Source of the DNA: an uncultured Collinsella sp.
GTDB lineage: Bacteria > Actinomycetota > Coriobacteriia > Coriobacteriales > Coriobacteriaceae
Length of the DNA: 64,000 nucleotides
Assembly: GCA_958439425.1 (NCBI GenBank)
Contig: CAUBVH010000009.1
Coordinates: forward strand, 8,770-72,769
Direction: 5' to 3'
A program made the position numbers and the translations under genes. A model generated the notes under the pieces. That model worked only from the letters and a program-made list of their open reading frames with translations, was not told where the DNA came from and did no database searches. How positions within the stretch are numbered: the stretch's first letter is position 1; each line of letters starts with the position of its first letter. Positions 41,126 through 49,919 of the stretch are shown piece after piece.

Positions 41126-42769
41126 CTACATCGTTCCCTTGCTCGCAGCGTAATGTTCCGCCTGCTTAAGGGCGTCCTCGTAGGCGCGCTGCTTTGCTTC
41201 GTACTCTAGCGCGTAGCGCTCCTGCTCCGCTCGCCCGGGAACAGGCACGGTCATGCTTCGCAGGTCCATTGGGGCAAGTTGCACAAGCGCGTCTCCGTGC
41301 GAGGTGTCCGCCAGTTTCTTCTGCCCCTCATCGGACGACAGGTATGCCAGGACAAACTGGGCAAGCAGCTCGTCCTCAAAGGTAGCGCAGAACATGGCGT
41401 CGCAGGGGACAATGCTCTCAAACAAAAGACCGCGCTCCACGGGGCGCTCAGAACCGACAGAAAAGTGGCCTGGCGTGATGAGGGCAAGCTTGAATGGAGG
41501 CCCGACGCGTGATATGAGAAGGCTCGCCTCGCGGGCGTCGATCGGTTTGGCCTTCCGAAAATCTTCGTAGTCTACACGGCTTACATCGTAGATATCTGTA
41601 TCGGGGACACGCTCAAGTACATCTTCTGCGGCAATGATTGCGCCATCATGAAGATGCTTTAGCGACAGGTAGTAGCAGTCGTGCTGTTGGTAACTGTCTG
41701 TCGGATCTGATTCGGGCAGTTTGGTTACAACGCTGCGGGCGGTGCCGCGGTAGATTGGCGCTAGCGACCCAAGGGGGATGAACATTCTCTCGTCGAACGA
41801 TCCGCTCTTTGTATTGGGTAATAGGGGATAGATGCCGTTGCCCTGATCCTCGAGCCGATGCCAATAGACTGGATTCTTTTGATCGCCGTAGGCTCGGTCG
41901 ACGGAATCGAGGAGCTGGTGCAGAATCTCATCGGTCATTTGCTTGTCGTCAAAGCTCCTGCCGTCAAAAAGGAAATACGGATCATTGGGCTCGCCGTCGC
42001 CAATAAAGAGCAGCGCGCGACCCTCGGCCTTTTTGGCAATGGTGTTGGGAAGAAGCACAATGCTCTTTAGCAGGCCGAGGTCACAAAGAAGGCGACGTCC
42101 ATCTACGGCTCGCGCCAGATTGAACAGACGGTCCGAAATCTGAATGACGGCCGTGGCATGGGACTGAGAGCAGGCAATGGATGCCGCAAGAAAGATGTAG
42201 TACCACTCAGTGACCGAAAGCAGATCGGGGATGCCTGCGCTGCGTTGCAGCTGCTTCGAGCGCGTTCTGAGGAAATCCAGGACTCGCGCATTTGCCGCAT
42301 CGATAGATGCCGGGAATTGGGATAGCGGTCGTAGCTCGGGGGGCCTGCAGTAAATGAGTGCTGATTCGTACGTGTGAGAGGCTGCGTCCTGCTCGTAGTC
42401 GTATAAAAAGATATTCTCCTCGATGGCAGTAAACGTCGACGTCGGGACTTTGACTCGGTTTTTGCAAACGCAAGCGGGCACATAATCCCATTCGTCGGTT
42501 GCTTCGTTGTAAACGCGGTCCTCAAACTCAAACGAGGCGGCCGAAGGTCGCTTGAGGTCAATCCCCAAAACAGACCACGAGGGGCCATCGACGTGCTCGC
42601 TCGAAAACTCAAAATCGCGACAGCACAGTTCAATGAGCCTTTTCGTTCTCGACGAAGGCTGATATTTCTCGACCATATGAGACACAAGATCCGATAGATA
42701 TCGGCTCATATATGGCTTGAGATCTTCGTTTAAGCGAAGAGTTGCAAATTCTGCTTTAGTTTTGAGCAT
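41126..42769 (-). CDS. Second degenerate HsdM-like/HsdS-TRD fusion
   Basis: YCRPP at the NPPF position; RRLLCDLGLLKSIVLLP; LLISRVGPPFK; AYLSSDEG..LRSMTVPVPGRAEQ; GGAGG RBS. Confidence 0.6.
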   Translation of the reverse strand: MLKTKAEFATLRLNEDLKPYMSRYLSDLVSHMVEKYQPSSRTKRLIELCCRDFEFSSEHVDGPSWSVLGIDLKRPSAASFEFEDRVYNEATDEWDYVPACVCKNRVKVPTSTFTAIEENIFLYDYEQDAASHTYESALIYCRPPELRPLSQFPASIDAANARVLDFLRTRSKQLQRSAGIPDLLSVTEWYYIFLAASIACSQSHATAVIQISDRLFNLARAVDGRRLLCDLGLLKSIVLLPNTIAKKAEGRALLFIGDGEPNDPYFLFDGRSFDDKQMTDEILHQLLDSVDRAYGDQKNPVYWHRLEDQGNGIYPLLPNTKSGSFDERMFIPLGSLAPIYRGTARSVVTKLPESDPTDSYQQHDCYYLSLKHLHDGAIIAAEDVLERVPDTDIYDVSRVDYEDFRKAKPIDAREASLLISRVGPPFKLALITPGHFSVGSERPVERGLLFESIVPCDAMFCATFEDELLAQFVLAYLSSDEGQKKLADTSHGDALVQLAPMDLRSMTVPVPGRAEQERYALEYEAKQRAYEDALKQAEHYAASKGTM

Positions 42770-43038
42770 GCGCACCTCCTGCATATTCCCTATATTGCGC
42801 GGTTCGCTGACTGGCCCGTCGCGGCTCAATTGCCTTCAGTCTACAAGAAGAGCAGTTGCGGCGTTTTTCAGACGGGGCACTCAAATGAAAAAGAAAAAAA
42901 TCGAATGGTGCGTATGAGGCCGTACGCATTGGGTAATATTTCGCTAGATACTAACACTAAGAGATTTGCATATCTCCTAGTTGTATCAAGCTACAGTGGA
43001 TAAACCAACTAGTTGTTTCAGCAACGAAAGGACAGCTA

Positions 43039-43776
43039 ATGAACGGATACGACATGTACAGAATCGAGCCGGACGCCCCCAAGAAGCCAACGGCGATGAA
43101 TATTTTCGGCATGATTCTGCAAACCGTCTTTGCGGTTGTACTCTACGTGGTCGCCATCGACATGATGTGCTTGCTGACGACGTGGCTCGGCGGGTTTATG
43201 TTCGAGATTAGCGAGAGCAACACGGTGATCCCGCTCCATTCATGGCGCCTGGTGGCGTTTAGGGTGTACTGGGTTGTGCTGGGCGCGGCGTTTGTTGCGG
43301 CGCTTGCCCACAAATGGATCGTGCTGTTAACGGGAGGGCGCGAATCCGACATGTGCGAGCTGCTCGGTGCAATCGAGAGCGCGGGCGCATTTGCATCCGT
43401 CGTCTGCGCGATCGTCTGTTTGCTGGGCTATACCGCGGCATTTGATTGTTGGGCTGGCGTCACCGGAAAGATGGCTTCGGATTCCCGTGCAAATGATTAC
43501 CTGCTTTGGGCGGTTGTCTTAACCATCGGAACGATTGTCGAGTGGCGAATTGTCGAAGGGGTCCTTAACGCTCTATTTCCCGATGAGCACAAGTTCCACG
43601 GGCTTCGCTTTGCATCCGCCTGCGTGGTTACTCCTCTGCTTGCGCTTGTACCCACCACGCTGGTCATCATCGTGTGCGCGCTGGTGGTGGGCCTTTTTGC
43701 CGGGATTCTGTTTGCATCGCTTGCGATCCCCGTGGTTATCACGGTTATTGGCATTGCCATCGCTATGAGTCGCTAA
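43039..43776 (+). CDS. Hypothetical multi-pass membrane protein
   Basis: About six hydrophobic segments; AAGGA RBS. Confidence 0.65.
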   Translation: MNGYDMYRIEPDAPKKPTAMNIFGMILQTVFAVVLYVVAIDMMCLLTTWLGGFMFEISESNTVIPLHSWRLVAFRVYWVVLGAAFVAALAHKWIVLLTGGRESDMCELLGAIESAGAFASVVCAIVCLLGYTAAFDCWAGVTGKMASDSRANDYLLWAVVLTIGTIVEWRIVEGVLNALFPDEHKFHGLRFASACVVTPLLALVPTTLVIIVCALVVGLFAGILFASLAIPVVITVIGIAIAMSR

Positions 43777-43820
43777 CCCACAACGCAATCCAAATATCTC
43801 GCATGAAGAAAGGAACGACC

Positions 43821-44027
43821 ATGTCGGTATTCTCTAACGCTCAAAAGCTTCTGCTGCTTGCCATACTTACCGCTCTTATGGCTGGTGCCCTGATGTACGA
43901 AGTGTTGCATCCCACACTGTTTCCGCTGCTCAAGCAGGGCATTTTGCAGCTGCTCTACCACATTCCGGTCTTTACCCAGCCGGGCAACGTGATCTATCTG
44001 GAGTCGGCGACATCGCTGGCACTGTAG
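43821..44027 (+). CDS. Small membrane protein
   Basis: 68 aa with one TM helix; AAGGAA RBS. Confidence 0.45.
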   Translation: MSVFSNAQKLLLLAILTALMAGALMYEVLHPTLFPLLKQGILQLLYHIPVFTQPGNVIYLESATSLAL

Positions 44028-44069
44028 TGGTTTAAGGGCTCGGCCCACATCGAAGGAAAGAAAACCAAT

Positions 44070-45857
44070 ATGGAAAGGAAGGCGCCCATGACTCAGAAGC
44101 AGTATCGAAACATCGATCGCTACCAGGACTTGCTCAATCGAATTGCGCCTACGCGTCTGGTGGAGCAGACGCGTCAGAGTGTTATTGGCCACGAAGGAAG
44201 CTTGGAGGCCTTTGTGACGGCGCTGAGCTTTGAGGTCAACCGCTGCGTGATGTTGGCACGCGGCGCCGACCCGCGCGACGTTCTTTCGCCCGCTGCCATT
44301 TTGGTGATGGGCTCCACTGGCACGGGAAAGACCCACACCATCAAGGCCGTGGCGGATGCCGCGGGGCTCAAGCTGTTTGTGTTCGATGTCTCCACCATGA
44401 CGGGCGAGGGCTGGCGCGGTGCCAGCATGAGCAACTGCCTGTCGCAGGTCGCGGACTATCAGGCTGCCAATCCCGGCGATATCTGTTTGGTGCTCTTTGA
44501 CGAGTTTGACAAGGCAGTTCGTGCCGAGCCCGATGGGGGCGAAGTTGCATCAAGCTTTAGTCCATCGCAGTCGTTCCTTAAGCTCTTGGAAGGCGGGGAG
44601 ATGCCGTTTGAATGCGATACCTCCAAGAGTGCGGCCATTAAGACGCTCAACCTCGATCAGGTTGTTTGCATTTTGGGCGGCGCCTTTATGGGCTTGGATG
44701 CTCTGGTGCGCAAGCGCCTGAGTGACAAGTCTGGCACCACGGTCGGCTTCGGATCCTCGTATGCCGCCGTGTGCACCGCCGCAAAATCGGCAAACGAGCT
44801 GCGAGACAGTGCGACCATCGAGGATGTTGAGACTTGGGGTATTATGTCCGAGCTGTGCGGGCGCATTGGCTCGGTGATTAACTTTAACGCCTTGAGCGTG
44901 GACGATCTGGTCCAGATTGCGTATGAACAGTACCTGCCCAAGTACAACAACATGATGGGAAATGGCGCCAAGATGGAGCTGATGGCAGATGCTGCTCGCC
45001 TTGCGGCGAAGCGCGCGGTTAAGGAAGGTGCCGGCGCGCGCGGCATGCTCCGTCAACTGCGTCCCCTTATGATGTACGCCTGGAGGGACATGCGGGAAGA
45101 TACCTATATTTCCCGTGCGACCTTGGTCGTGAGCGACGGGGAACTTGCGGTTGCGTACGAGCGCTCTCATGAGCCGCGGGGCTTTTTGCAGGAAGAGATG
45201 GGGGAGAATTCGCCCTTTCTGAACGGGAGAGAGATTGAAGCCCTGGCGTTGGTAAGCGACTGGATGGAGCATGAGGACGAGGACGAGCATAAGCCGTATC
45301 AGCCTGAGTTTGCTTGGCTGGCGGATTTGGTGGACGGTTCGGCGCTCGACAAGATCGTGCAGGGCGGCAAGGCATTCGATCTTGCTGGGGTGTTGTTGCG
45401 CGGCGTTCCGTTTGATGGGCCGGAGCGCATTGCCGCCCACGAGCTGCTTAAGGCGTGCGCCTGCTACAACGACGTGCTCTATGCCGACAAGGAACAGTAT
45501 CGCAACCTTGCTCAGGTGCTTACGCTCACCAAATTGGTGTACAAAAAATCGCCCGATTGCTTGCTGAGCCCGCTCGATGTGGTTATGAACGGCACGACTA
45601 CGGGCAACGGTTTTCAGGGTCTTGGCGAGTGGGTCGATGCCATGAGCAGGTCCGAAAAGCCTTCGTTGGAAAAGTGGCAGTACCTGGCGGCCGGGGAGGC
45701 CCTGCGGATTTACGACCACTTTAGCAAGCGTCCCGACCAGGTAAAGGAGCTTGCCGCCGATGTGTCCCTGATGCGTGTCGCCCTCGCGGTGATCGACGCT
45801 GAGGAGCGCGAGGCGTTGGAATGCGATCTTGAGAAGCTGCTCGCTTCGTGCGAGTAG
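44070..45857 (+). CDS. ClpX-like AAA+ ATPase without a Zn-binding N-domain, with an extra C-terminal helical domain
   Basis: GSTGTGKT, FDEFDK, LKLLEG, GGAF.GL, VGF loop, SELCGRI and GARG motifs; ~220-aa C-terminal extension. Confidence 0.85.
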   Translation: MERKAPMTQKQYRNIDRYQDLLNRIAPTRLVEQTRQSVIGHEGSLEAFVTALSFEVNRCVMLARGADPRDVLSPAAILVMGSTGTGKTHTIKAVADAAGLKLFVFDVSTMTGEGWRGASMSNCLSQVADYQAANPGDICLVLFDEFDKAVRAEPDGGEVASSFSPSQSFLKLLEGGEMPFECDTSKSAAIKTLNLDQVVCILGGAFMGLDALVRKRLSDKSGTTVGFGSSYAAVCTAAKSANELRDSATIEDVETWGIMSELCGRIGSVINFNALSVDDLVQIAYEQYLPKYNNMMGNGAKMELMADAARLAAKRAVKEGAGARGMLRQLRPLMMYAWRDMREDTYISRATLVVSDGELAVAYERSHEPRGFLQEEMGENSPFLNGREIEALALVSDWMEHEDEDEHKPYQPEFAWLADLVDGSALDKIVQGGKAFDLAGVLLRGVPFDGPERIAAHELLKACACYNDVLYADKEQYRNLAQVLTLTKLVYKKSPDCLLSPLDVVMNGTTTGNGFQGLGEWVDAMSRSEKPSLEKWQYLAAGEALRIYDHFSKRPDQVKELAADVSLMRVALAVIDAEEREALECDLEKLLASCE

Positions 45858-45986
45858 TCGCCGACTGCTTCTCTTTCCTTTCTTTTCTCAAGCGGCATAG
45901 ATGCCATCGCTCAGCCGCCCTGCGTGAGTTTTTGTCCGCACGGGATGGTATTCAACACATGCAACAACTAAATCGGAGGTTTGACC

Positions 45987-48900
45987 ATGGCTACGTGGAA
46001 GCTGAACTGTCAATCGAATCCGTCGTCTGCGGGCGACAAGGAGCTTTCTCCCTATCTTGCGCGCCAAAAGGCGATGCGCGAGTTTTTTGAGCGTGCGCTG
46101 TTTGTCCCCAAGGATCAGGACAACAACGGCCTGTACTTTTTGGGCGCCACAACGGGCTCGGGTAAAAACTACACGGCCGAGCAGGTCACGGCAGACCTGA
46201 TTGCCGGCGGCTGGGATGAGTCGGGCTGTTTTAATAAATGTCCCGGTCGCCGTACTCTGGTGTTTGTGGTTCCGGGTAAGGACAACCGCGACAACTATGT
46301 TGCAAACGTGCGCGAATTGTTGGTTGAGCAGGGCATGAGTGACGATGATGCGGAGCGCATGGTGTTCGATCTTCCGCGAGCGGGCGAGAACATCAAAAAC
46401 TGGATCGACGCCACGTTTGACAAGGGCAGCGTAAGGCCGCGCGATATTCCATGCCCCTTTGGAGCAAAGGACGAGGCCGTTCTTCGCGATATTGCGCACG
46501 CGTGGCGCGGTGTGATGGAGGTCGCCGATGACCTTTTGGGCCTTTTGGACAAGAAGGAGCGTCTGGGAAGCGTTGTCGACCGCCTGACTCCAGGGCTGTG
46601 GGATAAGCTGGCGTTGGCAGACGCGAGCTTGCGTCGAGCGGTGAGCCGTGGACGCCAGAGCATCACGCGTGGCATTGAGGAGATTCCCCGGATTTGGCCC
46701 TCGGCATTGCTTAACGATAAGCGCGCGCCGCATGTAATTGCATGCACGCCGCAAAAGCTCGTCAATAGAATCGATACGGTGACAGAAGCGGGCGTTGTGT
46801 TCTTTAACGCAGCGGTTGCCGACGAATGCCTGTTTATCTTTGACGAGATCGACCATGCGAAGGCCGATATGCTGTCGATGCTGGCGGCGGGACATATGAA
46901 ATTTCAGCCCGACGAGATGCTGCGTATTCTTGACCGTCATTTTAATGGCGGCGTGGTTGATCCTCTGCTGCTGGGAAATCGGGACCAGTGGATGGCGGTC
47001 TATACGCATGCCTCGACCTCGGGCGAGCACGAGGGGTCAAACGCGGCAACGGGCAAGGTTTCGCGCGCAAGTGTGGAGACGGCTGCCGAAGAGATCGCCA
47101 AGGGTGCCAAGCGTATTCAAAAGATGATCGCTGCGTGTATTCAGGATATGGAGCTGCAGCAGCCTTTTGCCCTGTCTGACAAGGCGAAAGACGAGCAGCT
47201 TGCCGGTCGTCATCTGTTTGGCAGCGACGATATTTCGGTGGGCGATGGCCTGTCGAATCCCTTGCGCTATGAGCTCGATACTCGCCGCAACCGCAACATG
47301 ATTACGTCTTGTGGGACGGACGAGCAGCAGACCGTCAATAAGGCGGTGCGCCGTGCGCGCGGCCTTGTCAGGATGGTGGTGGGCCATCTTGCCCGCTGTG
47401 CCACGCTTATGGACAAGCTGTACTACGGCAGCATTTCGTACAAGGACGATCTTTCGCGCAAGAATATCATCGATGCCCTGGGCATTAGGAACGACCAGAC
47501 CAACGAGAAATACTTCTGGAATTCGTTGATGCTGGCGCTGTTCTTTAAGGACCGCAAGAACGATGAAATCGATGCCGTTGACGACTCGATGTATGCGCGT
47601 GGTGTTGACTACCTGGTGATGGAAACCACCATCGACCATATGTTTACCACGTACCTGACTAATCACGGCATTGAGCGCATGCCCGAGGCGTATCTGGCAT
47701 CCATTGCCGCCAAGGCTCCCTGTGTGTGCATGAGCGCCACCTGGAATGCACCGACTATTAAGAACTTTGACCTGGATTACCTGGACGAAGTGCATGGCGT
47801 GGTTCGTAAAGATGCCTGGATTGGCGAGCTCAACCAGGAGATCGTGCGGCAGACCAGGCTGTTCAACAAGCAGGCGGCAACGATGTACGCCGTCGACGTC
47901 GTTTGGGTTGACGAGTCCAAGAAGCTTGCCGGCATGGCGGCCGTGGCCGGCGGCGCCTATGGCGGCGGTATCGTGTCGCCCGACGAGGTGTACGAGCATG
48001 TGATGGGATTCTTTGACCAGATTGGCGTGAGCGAAGGGCTTGCGGCGTGCCTGCGCCGAAAGATTGCCGACAGGGTGACCACGAGCGATGCCGAAAGCAT
48101 CGAGTTTGAACTAAAGCGTCTGAGCAAGACGCTCGTTGCCGTGAGCGCCTGGGCGCGTGGCGTGGCGCGCAGTGAGCAGCAGGCGGGAGCCATCTTTACG
48201 ACACGACACATGGGAAACCATGGCGACTTTAATAGTTTGGCGCTGGATCTTGCCCGCGAAATCGTTGCCGAACTGGTGATTAGGAACGTTAAGCATCCCG
48301 AGGCTTCGTACGAGAAGTCGCTCGAGGAGGCAAAGGATATGGTGCCGTGCTTTAACGCTGCGGGATGGGAGGAAGGTTGGCGCGGCGCTCAGGAACGTCT
48401 GAAGGACGGAGAGCCGACCCTGATGTTTATCAACCTTGCCGCTGGTGGCTTTTCCAAGAACCTTAAATACGAGGTGCCGGAGAGCCTGCGCAACACGGTG
48501 CGCCAGGTCGATTGTGGTTTTGGCAACGATGGGCGACATCCCAAGATGGACCTCGATTTTCTGTACGTGGAGTCGCCCACGAGCCGCTTGGCTTGGGGAG
48601 TCGATATGAGCTCAAAGAAGTTTGACCAGCAGGCGCTGCTTGGCGTGGTCGAACAGGAGGAGCTCGTGACGCGCGGTGAGATTCCGTTTATCCAGAAGCG
48701 CCATCGTGTGCGCACGGTACTGGCGGGCGCCGGCGGAAAACTGCCGGTGCGCGACACCCTCTCGTACCAGGTCGAAGGCGCTCGCATCGTGGCGCAGGCG
48801 GTGGGCCGCTTGATGCGTACGAGCGTAAAGATGCTCCATGTGCAGGTAATGCTCGATCGCGAAATCGCCGCCGATTGCGATTTTTCGTTCTTGCACGATT

Positions 48901-49919
48901 TGCCGATGGGCTACGAGCTGGAGCAGGTGGTTGGCGCCTGTGCGGCCGTCAACAATCACATGGCGGACAAGAAGCAGCACGCTGCCAGTAAGCAGCAGAA
49001 CCTTGCTGCCTTTAGGAACAACCTGGCGAAAGAGAAGCACGAAAAGCTGGCGTGGAAGGTTGCCTCGCTCGATGCGCGCGAGGAAGATCTGGCCGCTTTC
49101 GATGACGAGCGCAATTTTTATCTGCATCATTTTTGCCTGCCGTGGGAGGAGCTTGCGAGCTATCCTGCACGCAAAAGCACCGCACTGCACATGCCGTTTG
49201 CCGCGAGTGGCTATGCGTATGCGCAGGGCGGAGCGTGTAAGGTGCCGCATTTTGAATTTCCCAGCTACGATGGCGAGCCTGTTGAGCAGATTGCCGCTCG
49301 CCTGGAGGAATGTTGCCGCTACGACAAGGGATTAAAGGGCGCGACGGTTCGTCAGATAAGCCAAGCGGCGGCGCGCGTACCCGAGCTGCTTTCGATTCGC
49401 GAGGTGCGCGAGCGCTGGTCACGCGACGGGGTGCCCGCGACGCTGCAGCCGGCGGCGACGGCACATATGACACCCTATATGTTTCAGGCGGTATACCTGG
49501 GAGAACTGGGAGAGTCTGCCGGCAGGGCCATCTTCGAGGCGTATTACGACGGTCGCTATTCGCTTACTCGTGGCGATGCAGCCCATGCCGAGACGGGCGG
49601 CGATTTTGAGGTGCTCGATGCCGCTGGCAACAAGACCGGCGTGTGGATCGATTTTAAGCACTATCGCATCGGCGCCTACGAGGCCTACAGGCGCTCCGGC
49701 GGCGAGACTACGGACGCAGAGCGCTTTAAGGCAAAGGCTCAAAAAGTCGGGGCGAAGCGGCTGCTGATCGTCAATGTTTTGGCTGACGAGGCGGCGCTGG
49801 AGCTCCGCCAAAAGCCAATCGATGACGAGGGGATGGTGTTCTCCTTCCCCTATATGGCAACTGATGGAGCAATCAACCTGGAGATGATGGAGACGATCGG
49901 CCGTGCAATCGAAGCATAA
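45987..49919 (+). CDS. DdmD-like SF2 helicase with a C-terminal PD-(D/E)xK nuclease
   Basis: TTGSGK, FDEID, MSAT and QAVGRLMR helicase motifs; Y.GELGE and GDF...WIDFKHY nuclease motifs; ~1310 aa. Confidence 0.75.
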   Translation: MATWKLNCQSNPSSAGDKELSPYLARQKAMREFFERALFVPKDQDNNGLYFLGATTGSGKNYTAEQVTADLIAGGWDESGCFNKCPGRRTLVFVVPGKDNRDNYVANVRELLVEQGMSDDDAERMVFDLPRAGENIKNWIDATFDKGSVRPRDIPCPFGAKDEAVLRDIAHAWRGVMEVADDLLGLLDKKERLGSVVDRLTPGLWDKLALADASLRRAVSRGRQSITRGIEEIPRIWPSALLNDKRAPHVIACTPQKLVNRIDTVTEAGVVFFNAAVADECLFIFDEIDHAKADMLSMLAAGHMKFQPDEMLRILDRHFNGGVVDPLLLGNRDQWMAVYTHASTSGEHEGSNAATGKVSRASVETAAEEIAKGAKRIQKMIAACIQDMELQQPFALSDKAKDEQLAGRHLFGSDDISVGDGLSNPLRYELDTRRNRNMITSCGTDEQQTVNKAVRRARGLVRMVVGHLARCATLMDKLYYGSISYKDDLSRKNIIDALGIRNDQTNEKYFWNSLMLALFFKDRKNDEIDAVDDSMYARGVDYLVMETTIDHMFTTYLTNHGIERMPEAYLASIAAKAPCVCMSATWNAPTIKNFDLDYLDEVHGVVRKDAWIGELNQEIVRQTRLFNKQAATMYAVDVVWVDESKKLAGMAAVAGGAYGGGIVSPDEVYEHVMGFFDQIGVSEGLAACLRRKIADRVTTSDAESIEFELKRLSKTLVAVSAWARGVARSEQQAGAIFTTRHMGNHGDFNSLALDLAREIVAELVIRNVKHPEASYEKSLEEAKDMVPCFNAAGWEEGWRGAQERLKDGEPTLMFINLAAGGFSKNLKYEVPESLRNTVRQVDCGFGNDGRHPKMDLDFLYVESPTSRLAWGVDMSSKKFDQQALLGVVEQEELVTRGEIPFIQKRHRVRTVLAGAGGKLPVRDTLSYQVEGARIVAQAVGRLMRTSVKMLHVQVMLDREIAADCDFSFLHDLPMGYELEQVVGACAAVNNHMADKKQHAASKQQNLAAFRNNLAKEKHEKLAWKVASLDAREEDLAAFDDERNFYLHHFCLPWEELASYPARKSTALHMPFAASGYAYAQGGACKVPHFEFPSYDGEPVEQIAARLEECCRYDKGLKGATVRQISQAAARVPELLSIREVRERWSRDGVPATLQPAATAHMTPYMFQAVYLGELGESAGRAIFEAYYDGRYSLTRGDAAHAETGGDFEVLDAAGNKTGVWIDFKHYRIGAYEAYRRSGGETTDAERFKAKAQKVGAKRLLIVNVLADEAALELRQKPIDDEGMVFSFPYMATDGAINLEMMETIGRAIEA

